Shown: piece after piece, positions 8,564-17,540 of the stretch
Layout of the letters: the number at the start of each line of letters is the position of its first letter
Position numbering within the stretch: position 1 is the first letter of the stretch
NCBI GenBank assembly: GCA_038324085.1
Contig: JBBQHP010000013.1
Coordinates: forward strand, 30,276-94,275
DNA length: 64,000 bases
DNA from: Burkholderiales bacterium
GTDB lineage: Bacteria > Pseudomonadota > Gammaproteobacteria > Burkholderiales > Ga0077523
Direction of reading: 5' to 3'
The notes under the pieces: model-generated
Databases searched by the model: none
Seen by the model: only the letters and a program-made list of their open reading frames with translations
Told to the model about the DNA's origin: nothing
Made by a program: the position numbers and the translations under genes

Positions 8564-8941
8564 TCAGTAGTCGTACTTCACGTAGCGGAAACGCTGGTCG
8601 TCGGCCGGGGTCCCCGTGAGCGCCCCACCGGCCTTGGCGGGCTGCCAGTGAACCACCTCCTCGATCTTCTGCGCGAGCTCGAAATCGCGGTCGGTGATGC
8701 CCTTGGCGTCGTGGCTCTGCAGCTTGACGATCACGAACGCGTACGAAACCGTGAGGTCCGGGTGATGCCACGCGGCCTCCGCGAGGTGGCCCACCGTGTT
8801 GACGACCATGAGCGTGCCCTTCCAGCCTTCCGTGCGGAACTTGCGGCGGATCCAGCCGTCCTCGAAATACCACTTCGGGAGATCCCGTTCGAGCCGCTGC
8901 TTGATCTCGGCTTCCGAGTAGGTGTCGTGCTGGTCTGCCAT
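8564..8941 (-). CDS. pterin-4a-carbinolamine dehydratase family protein
   Basis: Carries the AAWHHPDLTVSYAFVIVKLQSHDAKGITDRDFELA signature (HHP...H...D). Confidence 0.8.
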   Translation of the reverse strand: MADQHDTYSEAEIKQRLERDLPKWYFEDGWIRRKFRTEGWKGTLMVVNTVGHLAEAAWHHPDLTVSYAFVIVKLQSHDAKGITDRDFELAQKIEEVVHWQPAKAGGALTGTPADDQRFRYVKYDY

Positions 8942-9041
8942 GGCGCTCGCTCCGCATCCGGTGGGTCCATCCGAACTTTACCCGATCGCTCCCGGGTGTA
9001 GCATCCCGCCACCGAGTTCAGAGAGACGCCCGCGCTCCGAC

Positions 9042-9452
9042 ATGGACATGAACGAACCGCTGTCGCACCTTCACCCGCTGGTCTGGAACCACGAAGACGC
9101 GCGGGACGAGCGCTCGCTCTTCATCCGCGAACTGGTGGTGCCCGCGCACATCGGGGTCTATGCGGCGGAGCAGGGTCGTACGCAGCAACTGCGCTTCGAC
9201 CTCGTCGTGACCCTGCAGCCCCCGTTCGATTGGCACGACCGCCTGGACGACGTGTTGAACTATGACGGGCTGCGCCAGGGCATCCTCGCGATCGTGGGCG
9301 CCGGCCACATCAACCTGCTGGAGACGCTCGCGGAAAGAGTCGTCGAGCTCTGCTTCGGCTATGCGCAGGTGCAGGCGCTGCAACTGCGCATCTCGAAACT
9401 CGAAGCGCACAGCGACTGTCTGGTCGGCTACGAAACGCGCCGACACCGCTAG
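9042..9452 (+). CDS. folB: dihydroneopterin aldolase
   Basis: IRELVVPAHIGVYAAEQGRTQQLRFDLVV...VLNYDGLRQGI...LLETLAERV matches the FolB pattern. ATG at 9042; the 176-aa track ORF over-extends. Confidence 0.8.
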   Translation: MDMNEPLSHLHPLVWNHEDARDERSLFIRELVVPAHIGVYAAEQGRTQQLRFDLVVTLQPPFDWHDRLDDVLNYDGLRQGILAIVGAGHINLLETLAERVVELCFGYAQVQALQLRISKLEAHSDCLVGYETRRHR

Positions 9453-9460
9453 CGGGCGGG

Positions 9461-10276
9461 TCATTCCCGCGCGATCAGGACTTCGCCCTTGCCGTCGCAG
9501 CCCAGATCGCCGAGCCAGCGCCCGAACGGGCCGGCTCGCGCGAACTGCCTGAATGCGCGGCCGTGGCCCGACAGCGATTCGAGCAGCAACCGGATCGCGA
9601 GCAGGTCGTGGCGCCCGTTGCGATTGAACGTGGGCGGCAGCTGCGTCCGCGGCTCGTCGAACAGCAGGGTGCCGCGCCGCATCAGGTATCCCGGCATGAT
9701 CCCCACCCGGCCCAGCACCACCAGGGTACCCGCCAGCATGCGGGCGGCGCAGTAGTCGCCCGCGGCGCCTTCCACCAGCAGCAGCCCGCGGCGCATCCGG
9801 TCTCCTGCGCGGTCGCCGACCCGGCCACGCACGACGATGGCCCCGCCACTCATGCCGCGCAGTTCGCCGGCCCGCCCCGAACCCGCGAAAGCGCCCGCGT
9901 CGCCCGTCACTTCGATCCGGCCCGCGCGCATTCCGGCGCCCACGTAGTCACCGGCATCGCCACGCACGGTGATCGAGCCGCCGCGCATCGCCTCCCCGGT
10001 GTAGTCACCGGCCACGCCGACGATGGTCAGCTCGCCCCCTTCGAGCCCGGCGCCGGCGCGAATCAGGCGGTCGTCGGCGCCGTCGATCACGATCCGGCTC
10101 GCGTCATCACCGCGGATGGCGAACAGATCGCCGACCTGCCAGGCTTCGTTCCATCCCTGCAACGCGATGGCGGCGATCTCCTTGCGCGTCCTGCCGGCGA
10201 GCGCGCTCGGGCGCAGTCCCGACACGTCGATGGCGCTGGGCGGCGAGTGCCTCAGGGTGAAGCGCAGTGCGCTCAT
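9461..10276 (-). CDS. fhcC: formyltransferase/hydrolase complex subunit C (formylmethanofuran dehydrogenase subunit C-like)
   Basis: Shows the repetitive beta-helix pattern GDAGDYVGAGMRAGRIEVTGDAGAFAGSG...GAAGDYCAARM typical of FwdC/FhcC. Confidence 0.85.
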   Translation of the reverse strand: MSALRFTLRHSPPSAIDVSGLRPSALAGRTRKEIAAIALQGWNEAWQVGDLFAIRGDDASRIVIDGADDRLIRAGAGLEGGELTIVGVAGDYTGEAMRGGSITVRGDAGDYVGAGMRAGRIEVTGDAGAFAGSGRAGELRGMSGGAIVVRGRVGDRAGDRMRRGLLLVEGAAGDYCAARMLAGTLVVLGRVGIMPGYLMRRGTLLFDEPRTQLPPTFNRNGRHDLLAIRLLLESLSGHGRAFRQFARAGPFGRWLGDLGCDGKGEVLIARE

Positions 10277-10343
10277 GCATGCCCCCGCGCCATTGCACGA
10301 CGGTCCGCCGGGCCCAGGACTCGCAGCCGCGAATCGCCGGGGT

Positions 10344-11282
10344 TCACTCGAGCACCTGCCTGAGATGAAAGTGATGCGGGCCCAGCTTGCCGCCGTAGTT
10401 CCCGGCGGTGATGCCGATCACGCCCGCCCGCAGTCCACCCCGGCACGCCGCCATGATGCCTGCGCGCATGGCGCTGGCGATGCTCGGCGCATCGAGCCCG
10501 TCGATGACGATCTCCAGCACCGCGCCCACGCCCGCCGGCAGCGCCGAGCGCACCGCGCCCACGAGGGTCGGACAGTACGCATCGTTGGTCGAAGCGACCA
10601 GTGCCGGATATTTCGAGCCCACCTTCGACCCGGAGCGCACCACCCCGCCCGGGAACGGCAGGATCACGTTGCGTACCTTGCGCATCGCGCCGACTGCGCG
10701 CGCCGCCGCCGCGAGCGCCGCCGCCGCATCGGCCGCCAGGATCAGGAAATTGCCTCCGCCGATGCCTTTCACCAGACCGGCTTTCTCTTCGCATACGAAC
10801 TCGCCATCCATCACCGGGATGCGCCAGTGGCGGCGGCCGCCGATCAGCTTCGAGATCTGCCAGCCGTCGCCGAAGTAGCGCAGCGCGCCGCCCAGGTTCA
10901 GCCATTCGTGGGCGATCGCCGGGGGCACGCCGTTGAACGCTGCCGTGCCCGGGCAGGTCAGCACGCACTGGCCGGTGCGACGCTCCAGGTGCTTCTGCAG
11001 ATCCTTGCTCGACATCGCGAAGATCAGGATGGCGACGCCGGGTCGGCCGTCCGGCGTCTCGCCCGGTGCCAGATCGCGCTCGATGCCGGCCTCGCAGCCG
11101 CAAGCGATCACCGAGGTCGCGAAACCCGTGGCCGAGACCGCCGCATGCCTCGCCCACGTGCGATCGTCCGCCGTGATGACGAGCCGCGTCGCGCGCATGC
11201 CGAAAGCCTCGGCGAACGTGTCCTCGATGGCGACGCCGTCGATGGCCAGCGCGCCCGCCACGTCACCGTTCCCGGCAGTCAT
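10344..11282 (-). CDS. fhcD: formylmethanofuran--tetrahydromethanopterin N-formyltransferase
   Basis: IDGVAIEDTFAEAFGMRATRLVITA is the Ftr N-terminal signature. It overlaps the fhcA 3' end by 20 nt. Confidence 0.9.
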   Translation of the reverse strand: MTAGNGDVAGALAIDGVAIEDTFAEAFGMRATRLVITADDRTWARHAAVSATGFATSVIACGCEAGIERDLAPGETPDGRPGVAILIFAMSSKDLQKHLERRTGQCVLTCPGTAAFNGVPPAIAHEWLNLGGALRYFGDGWQISKLIGGRRHWRIPVMDGEFVCEEKAGLVKGIGGGNFLILAADAAAALAAAARAVGAMRKVRNVILPFPGGVVRSGSKVGSKYPALVASTNDAYCPTLVGAVRSALPAGVGAVLEIVIDGLDAPSIASAMRAGIMAACRGGLRAGVIGITAGNYGGKLGPHHFHLRQVLE

Positions 11283-12927
11283 GGACGACCAGCCGCGGCG
11301 CCTGACCGCACGCGCACACTTCCTCGTCCGAGATGCGGAAGCTCGCCATCGACTGCGTCTGGTAGCGCGCGAACCACGCTTCGAGCTGTCGCTCGATGCC
11401 GCGATCGAACGGCGGCTTCACCGTGTGGATGCTGCCCCGCGTGACCGCCACGATCGCGCCGCGCTCCGCCACCAGCTGCCCATCCTTGAACACCCAGCGC
11501 GGGCGGGCGAACATCGTCTCCGGATCGGCGTCGGGCTCGTAGATCACCACGTCGGCGCAGGCCCCGACGCCGAGATGGCCGTGATCCCCAAGGCCGAGGA
11601 TGCGGGCCGGCGCCGCCCGCGTCATGATCGCGATCTCGTACAGCGAATATTCGCGGTCGAGCGCCCCGAGTGCGCTCATCTTCGCGGCTTCCGGATTGAT
11701 CGACGCCAGCACGTCGTTGCGGAAAGTCCGGTCCATCAGCAGCTTGATCAGATGCGGATAGCTCGTGAACGGCCCGCCGTTGGGATGATCGGTGGTGAGG
11801 AACACGCGCCACGGATCGCGGATCATCAGGAACAGTTCGAGCCCGATGGCCCATTGCAATGCATTGACGAAATCGCGGTCGCGATAGCGGAACGGCACGA
11901 CGCCGCAACCGGCGTCGCACTCGATATCCATGATCACCCATTTCGCCGGGCGTCCGTGGCGCGCATTGCGATACTGCAGCATGCTGTCGCCGGAGGCCGT
12001 GACGGTCTGGCCGAACATGATCTGGCCCACGTCCACGGTCACGTTGGGAGCGGCGTTGACGGCCTCCGCGATGCGCCCCGCGGCAGACGAGAACTTCCGA
12101 TCCCCTTCCGTTCCATAGCTGTGGAACTGCAGATGCGTCAGGTGGATCGGCAAGCCTTCGGCTGCGGCGATGGTCGCGAGCGTGCTGTCGACATTGCCCG
12201 GCACGCCCAGGTTGCTCGCATGCACGTGCAGCGGATGCGGTATGCCCAGCTCGTGCACGGCCAAGGCGAGTTCGCGCACGATCTGGCGCGGCGTGACGCG
12301 ATAGTGCGTGTGCGGCTCGTCGACATCGAGCTTGCGCTGATTGAACTTGAAGGCGCTGATGCCCCCCGCATTGACGACCTTGACGCCGATGGCGTGGGTC
12401 GCATGGAGGATCCACGCAACGTAGTCGCGCACCGCGCGCGGGTCCGCGCCGGTAGCCAGCTGGTCGAGAAAGAAATCGTCGTTGCCGAGCAGCGCGTACG
12501 CGCCCTTGTCCACGATGGGCGTATCGCCCATCTCCAGATGCGCCTGCCGTGCATTGACGGGCAGCATCGCCGGTTCGAAGCAGGCCGTGTAACCCATTGC
12601 CGCATAGCGATAGCCCGTGGCGAGCGTCGACGGCGCCGGCCCGCCGGTGCAGGCGCCGCAGATGTCGGTCGCCGGCAGCGCCTCGCGTCGGTTGAACTCC
12701 GGCAGGAGCGCGCGCGCGATGTTCACCTTGCCGCCGCCGATATGCGTGTGCAGATCGATGGCACCGGCCATCGCGATCGTGCCGTTCGCATCCCAGACAC
12801 GATCGACGGATTCGCCCGGCTTCGGACCGGCGACGATGCGATCGTCGCGGATGTAAAGATCGCGCACGACATCGTCGACGCCATGCGCCGGATCGATGAT
12901 TCTCGCGCCGGTCAGTCTGGTCAGCAT
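11263..12927 (-). CDS. fhcA: formyltransferase/hydrolase complex subunit A (amidohydrolase, FwdA-like)
   Basis: Amidohydrolase motifs: AGAIDLHTHIGGGK near the N-terminus and VFLTTDHPNG later. ATG at 12927 lies 4 nt after the fhcB stop. An alternative upstream ATG exists at 12966. Confidence 0.9.
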   Translation of the reverse strand: MLTRLTGARIIDPAHGVDDVVRDLYIRDDRIVAGPKPGESVDRVWDANGTIAMAGAIDLHTHIGGGKVNIARALLPEFNRREALPATDICGACTGGPAPSTLATGYRYAAMGYTACFEPAMLPVNARQAHLEMGDTPIVDKGAYALLGNDDFFLDQLATGADPRAVRDYVAWILHATHAIGVKVVNAGGISAFKFNQRKLDVDEPHTHYRVTPRQIVRELALAVHELGIPHPLHVHASNLGVPGNVDSTLATIAAAEGLPIHLTHLQFHSYGTEGDRKFSSAAGRIAEAVNAAPNVTVDVGQIMFGQTVTASGDSMLQYRNARHGRPAKWVIMDIECDAGCGVVPFRYRDRDFVNALQWAIGLELFLMIRDPWRVFLTTDHPNGGPFTSYPHLIKLLMDRTFRNDVLASINPEAAKMSALGALDREYSLYEIAIMTRAAPARILGLGDHGHLGVGACADVVIYEPDADPETMFARPRWVFKDGQLVAERGAIVAVTRGSIHTVKPPFDRGIERQLEAWFARYQTQSMASFRISDEEVCACGQAPRLVVHDCRER

Positions 12928-12931
12928 CGCG

Positions 12932-14197
12932 TCACCCGAGCCGGCCCGCGAGTGCGTCGACAACACTTGCCGCCGAGGGCAGCGTCGAGACGCGCACGCG
13001 TGGCAGGTACAAGGTCACCACCTTGTCGGTGCGCAGCAGATGCCCGGCCGCATCGATGCCCGGTGTGGCCACGGGGATGAATACGTCGACCCCGTGATCG
13101 ACGACGAGATCGGCACGTCCGAGCACGACTCGCGGCAGGCTCCCGGACAGCGGTGGAGGCGCGTGCCCCAGGCTGGATACCCAGATCAACAGATCCGCCT
13201 CGCCGCGCGCCAGGACCCGAGGCAAGGCATGCCGCGACGGATCGAAATCGACCCGGCCGTTGGCGTAGCTTGCCGGCAGCGGCACCCCCGCCTGCCATGT
13301 CTGCACGGCGTTCGCGGTGAGGTCGCCATCGGTTCCGGCGAGCGGCAGCCCGACGAACCGCGTGTCGCGGTTGAGTGAACGGATGCAACGCGCCAGTGCC
13401 TGCACCGTAAGTTCGGCGTGCGGCCAATCGAGATCGGCAGCGGACCAGACGACCACCCCATACCGGGCCGCACGCATCCAGTCGACGCAACGTTCGAGGG
13501 TGCCGGGGGCAACGCCGGTGATCCTTCCGGCGTCCACGGGCTGCCGGTCTGCCAGCGCGCCGAGCATCGCGACCACCGCCGGCAATTGTCCCGGCGCCGC
13601 ATCGAGTGGCAGGTGCTCCACGTTCGCCGGCAAGGCGCGGCGGGCCTCGCCTTCGATCGCGTCGACGGTCACGATGCGGCGCGGTGCCCCGGTGCCGCCC
13701 AGGAACGGCTCGGGCGCGATGATCCGCTCGACGAAGCGGGGAAAACGCCGATGCCAGCCGGTGCCGATCAGGATCATCAGATCGGCTCGATTGCGCGCTT
13801 CGGCCAGCGTCGTCGTGATCGCGCCACCTTCCTGCAGCGCATGCAGGTTGCGATACTTGACGGGCCCGTGCACGTGATCGACCACGGCACCGAGTCGACG
13901 CGCAAGCGCCAGCACGGAGCGCATGCCCGCAACGTCGACATCGAGGCCGGAGATGACCGGCCGCCGTCCGGCGCGCAACAGGGCGGCGGCGGCGTCGAGC
14001 GCTTCGTCGAAATCGACCGGGCGGCCGGCGACGCGCGGACGGGCCCGTGTGGCCGCGTCCGTCCCGAGCGTCGCATACGCTGCGGTCGCACGTTCGCAGG
14101 CGCCGCGAAGGGGGCGCAGGGTCGCGCCCACGACATCGACTTCGAGATCGTCGCAGAGCAGACCGCAGAAGGCGCAGGTGGCAGTCCGGGCAGCCAT
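12932..14197 (-). CDS. fhcB: formyltransferase/hydrolase complex subunit B (FwdB-like)
   Basis: The N-terminus TATCAFCGLLCDDLEV and overall molybdopterin-oxidoreductase-like sequence are typical of FhcB. Confidence 0.85.
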   Translation of the reverse strand: MAARTATCAFCGLLCDDLEVDVVGATLRPLRGACERATAAYATLGTDAATRARPRVAGRPVDFDEALDAAAALLRAGRRPVISGLDVDVAGMRSVLALARRLGAVVDHVHGPVKYRNLHALQEGGAITTTLAEARNRADLMILIGTGWHRRFPRFVERIIAPEPFLGGTGAPRRIVTVDAIEGEARRALPANVEHLPLDAAPGQLPAVVAMLGALADRQPVDAGRITGVAPGTLERCVDWMRAARYGVVVWSAADLDWPHAELTVQALARCIRSLNRDTRFVGLPLAGTDGDLTANAVQTWQAGVPLPASYANGRVDFDPSRHALPRVLARGEADLLIWVSSLGHAPPPLSGSLPRVVLGRADLVVDHGVDVFIPVATPGIDAAGHLLRTDKVVTLYLPRVRVSTLPSAASVVDALAGRLG

Positions 14198-14254
14198 CGG
14201 CGCAGCTTACCGCGTTGGCGTGCCCGGGGCGAGCCGCTGCGGCCGGCATGGTTG

Positions 14255-14270
14255 TGGCAAACTGACTGCA
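14255..14270 (+). promoter_or_regulatory. candidate sigma-54 (-24/-12) promoter for the mptG-fae operon
   Basis: TGGCAAactgaCTGCA has GG (14256-57) and GC (14268-69) at the canonical 12-nt register. It matches 9 of 12 defined consensus positions (TGGCACG-N4-TTGCW) and lies about 50 nt upstream of the mptG ATG. Confidence 0.35.
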
Positions 14271-14318
14271 AACTCGCGGCGCCCATGCAGCGTCATCACG
14301 CACGGATCTCGCATTGAC

Positions 14319-15380
14319 ATGACTCGAGAGTGGCAGGACCTGACCGGATCGCGCGGGTCGGACGACCGGCCCGCGATCGTGCGCGTGTCAGCGCCCGCGC
14401 GGCTGCATCTCGGCTTCGTCGACGTGAGCGGCAGCATCGGTCGGCGCTTCGGCAGCATCGGCCTGACCCTGGAAGGCCTCGCGACGGTCGTCGAAATGCG
14501 CCGCTCCGACAACCTCCAGGTCGACGGGCCGGGCGCTGCCCGGGCGCTCGATTTCCTGCAACGTCTGATGGACGAGCACGATCCGTCCGACGCGGTCGCA
14601 CTGCGCATCGTGAGCGCGATCCCCGAACACGCCGGCCTCGGCTCCGGCACGCAGATGGCGCTCGCCATCGGACGCGCGTTCTGCGCGCTGTTCGGACTCG
14701 ATTATTCATCCGCTGCCATGGCCGCGCGCATGGATCGTGGTGCGCGTTCCGGTATCGGCATCGGCGCCTTCGATCAGGGCGGTTTCGTCGTCGACGGCGG
14801 GCGCGCGCCGGGCGGCGACCTGCCGCCGGTCATCGCACGCCTGCCCTTTCCGTCGTCGTGGCGCGTACTGCTCGTGTTCGATCGTGCCGAACGCGGCCTG
14901 CACGGCGATGACGAACGCACGGCCTTTCGCAAGTTGAAGGCTTTTCCGCAGACACGGGCCGCGCATCTCGCGCATCTCGTGTTGATGCGGGCGATGCCGG
15001 CGCTCGCCGAACAGGACTGCGCGCGCTTCGGCGAAGCCGTGGGCGAGATCCAGCGGGTCGTGGGCGATTATTTTGCATTGGCACAGGGCGGCCGGTTCAC
15101 GAGCGACGCAGTGGCGGCGGTGCTGGCATGGCTCGAGACGCGCGGCGTGGCCGGGATCGGCCAGACGTCGTGGGGTCCGACCGGATTTGCGGTGGTCGAT
15201 TCCGAGACGCGCGCGCACACCCTGCTGGCGGAACTCCGGCAGGCGTTCCCGGACCAGCCGCAGCTCGGCTTCGCGGTGGTGCGCGGACGCAACCACGGTC
15301 ATCGGCTCGAAGCGATGTCCCGGCTGGCGGGCACACGAGCGGCCCCGGGCGTCGCGTCGCGAAGCCAGTCGAAAAACTGA
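14319..15380 (+). CDS. mptG: beta-ribofuranosylaminobenzene 5'-phosphate synthase (GHMP-kinase fold)
   Basis: VRVSAPARLHLGFVDVSG and SAIPEHAGLGSGTQMALA are GHMP/MptG motifs. The start may be the ATG at 14319 or the GTG at 14379. Confidence 0.8.
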   Translation: MTREWQDLTGSRGSDDRPAIVRVSAPARLHLGFVDVSGSIGRRFGSIGLTLEGLATVVEMRRSDNLQVDGPGAARALDFLQRLMDEHDPSDAVALRIVSAIPEHAGLGSGTQMALAIGRAFCALFGLDYSSAAMAARMDRGARSGIGIGAFDQGGFVVDGGRAPGGDLPPVIARLPFPSSWRVLLVFDRAERGLHGDDERTAFRKLKAFPQTRAAHLAHLVLMRAMPALAEQDCARFGEAVGEIQRVVGDYFALAQGGRFTSDAVAAVLAWLETRGVAGIGQTSWGPTGFAVVDSETRAHTLLAELRQAFPDQPQLGFAVVRGRNHGHRLEAMSRLAGTRAAPGVASRSQSKN

Positions 15381-15462
15381 GTGTCGAGGCGCCACGCCCG
15401 CGACCGTCGCTGCGCCAGGCAATGCGCCAGGTCTCCCCGAAAGCCAAGACGGTACTGAACCC

Positions 15463-16371
15463 ATGGAAAAACCGTACATCCTTCACCTGTTCACCCCGGC
15501 CGCGCAGGCGAGTCCGTTCGACGTGAACATGGCCTACGACGCCGGTTTCGATGCCGTGGTGCCCTACACCAATGTCGACACGGGCGGCATCGCGGGGCTC
15601 ACCCAGGATGCGATCTTCTCGCGCGGCCCCAAGGGCGCGCGGCGCACCGGCATCTTCATCGGCGGTCGTGACGTCGACGTCGCGCTCGACATGCTGGACG
15701 CGGCCCGCATGGCGATGGTGCCGCCGTTCGAAGTGTCCGTATTCGCCGATCCGAGCGGTGCCTTCACCACGGCTGCCGCGGTCGTGGCTATCGTCGAGAA
15801 GCATCTCGAATCGAGCCACGGCGGAGGCCTCGCGGACCGCCAGGTGCTCGTGTTGGGCGGCACGGGACCGGTCGGGCTGGTGGCCGCCGCGCTCGCGGCG
15901 CAGGAAGGAGCCCGGGTCCAGCTCGCGAGTCACACGAGTCTCGATCGGGCCCAGGCCGCGGCCGGGCTGGTGCAGTCCCGCTATGGTCTTGCCGTCAATC
16001 CGGTTCTGGCCGACGGCAAGGGCCTTGCAGGTCTCGTCGCCAACGTCCACGTGGTGATCAGCGCCGCCAAGGCCGGCGCCGAAGTGCTGCCCAGGGCCGT
16101 GTTGGCCAAGGCCGCCGCCCTGCTGGTCGCCGCCGATGTCAATGCCGTGCCTCCGGCCGGGATCGCGGGCGTCGGCGTGATGGATGACGGCGCTCCGCTC
16201 GCCGGTGCCGGCCCCGCCAACGCGATCGGCATCGGGGCCCTCGCCATCGGCAACATCAAGTACCAGGTGGAACGCGCCTTGTTCGAGAGCATGCGCACCG
16301 GCGCACAGGCGCAGTACCTCGATTTCCGCGATGCGTTTCGCAAGGCACGCGAACTCACCGCAACCCATTGA
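15463..16371 (+). CDS. mtdB: NAD(P)-dependent methylene-H4MPT dehydrogenase
   Basis: ILHLFTPAAQASPFDVNMAYDAGFDAVVPYT...DVNAVPPAGIAG...GIGALAIGNIKYQ is close to Methylobacterium MtdB as I recall it. Confidence 0.9.
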   Translation: MEKPYILHLFTPAAQASPFDVNMAYDAGFDAVVPYTNVDTGGIAGLTQDAIFSRGPKGARRTGIFIGGRDVDVALDMLDAARMAMVPPFEVSVFADPSGAFTTAAAVVAIVEKHLESSHGGGLADRQVLVLGGTGPVGLVAAALAAQEGARVQLASHTSLDRAQAAAGLVQSRYGLAVNPVLADGKGLAGLVANVHVVISAAKAGAEVLPRAVLAKAAALLVAADVNAVPPAGIAGVGVMDDGAPLAGAGPANAIGIGALAIGNIKYQVERALFESMRTGAQAQYLDFRDAFRKARELTATH

Positions 16372-16385
16372 ACCGGCGCGGAACC

Positions 16386-17540
16386 ATGCGGTCCCCCGAC
16401 CGGGTGGTGGTGATCGCAGTCTCGGGCCGGGCGCTCGCGCAGTCGGCCGCGAAATGGGCCCGTCACGTGAACGTGCTGGATGCCTTCGGCGACGTCGACA
16501 CGCGCGCGATCGCCGCCACGATGCCCGTTGGTCTGCGCGCGGGCATCGGGCTGGACGGCGCGCGAATCGTGCGCGCACTACGCGCGCTGGACTTGCCGGC
16601 GGACACGCCCATCGTGACCGGCAGCGGCTTCGAACGCGTCCCCCGCTGGCTCGATCGCGTGGGTGCATTCGGCCGGCTCTGCGCCAACGACGCCACGATC
16701 GTCGCCGCGCTGAAAGATCCGGACATCGGACTGGAACTCCTGACCGCGCTCGGCTGGCCCGTGCCCGAAACCCGTCGTACGCCGCCCGACGAGCGCAGCG
16801 GCTGGCTGTCGAAGCGCATCGGCGGAGCCGGCGGGGTCCATGTGCAACACGCGACGGCAGGTCGCCGGACGGCCGGTCGTTACTGGCAGCGCGAAATTGC
16901 CGGCATCCCGATGTCGGTCACTTTCCTCGCCGATGGCCAGAGCGCCCACGTGCTCGGTTTCAACCGGCTGCTGGTGAGTGCCGTTGGCGCATTGCCGTTC
17001 TGTCACGCCGGTGCGATCTCGGGTGCGATGCTGCCGGATGAGATCGCGCGGGACCTGCGGCAACGCCTGCACCGGCTGGTCCGCGTCTGCGGCCTGCGTG
17101 GACTGAACGGCGTCGATTTCGTGCTGACCGACGCCGGACCCGTGATGCTGGAAGTCAATCCTCGCCCCACTGCCACGATCGACCTCTACGACGACGACTA
17201 TCCCGAAGGGCTCGTCCGCTGGCACGTGGCCAGTTTCGACGGCCCCGTCGCCGATTTCCCGGCGCCGCCACGGAATGCGGCTTGCCGGGCCCAACAGGTG
17301 ATCTATGCCGCTCATGGGCTCTCGGTGCCGGCCTGCACGTCGTTGCCGGCGTGGTGCCGCGACGTTCCGACGCCGCGCAGCCGCATCGCCGGTGGCGCCC
17401 CGGTACTGAGCGTGAATGCCGCCGGCGCGACACCCGAGGCCGCACTGCGCGAACTCGACGCGCGCGTCGGCGAGATCGGGCGACATCTCGCACGCTGGCC
17501 GGCACAATGCGAACTGACCCACGGAGACGCGTTGCCATGA
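16386..17540 (+). CDS. ATP-grasp protein of the H4MPT island (OrfY-like carboligase)
   Basis: Has an ATP-grasp C-terminal pattern (LRGLNGVDFVLTDAGPVMLEVNPRPTAT). The start is the ATG at 16386 or the TTG at 16368, which overlaps the mtdB stop. Confidence 0.75.
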   Translation: MRSPDRVVVIAVSGRALAQSAAKWARHVNVLDAFGDVDTRAIAATMPVGLRAGIGLDGARIVRALRALDLPADTPIVTGSGFERVPRWLDRVGAFGRLCANDATIVAALKDPDIGLELLTALGWPVPETRRTPPDERSGWLSKRIGGAGGVHVQHATAGRRTAGRYWQREIAGIPMSVTFLADGQSAHVLGFNRLLVSAVGALPFCHAGAISGAMLPDEIARDLRQRLHRLVRVCGLRGLNGVDFVLTDAGPVMLEVNPRPTATIDLYDDDYPEGLVRWHVASFDGPVADFPAPPRNAACRAQQVIYAAHGLSVPACTSLPAWCRDVPTPRSRIAGGAPVLSVNAAGATPEAALRELDARVGEIGRHLARWPAQCELTHGDALP

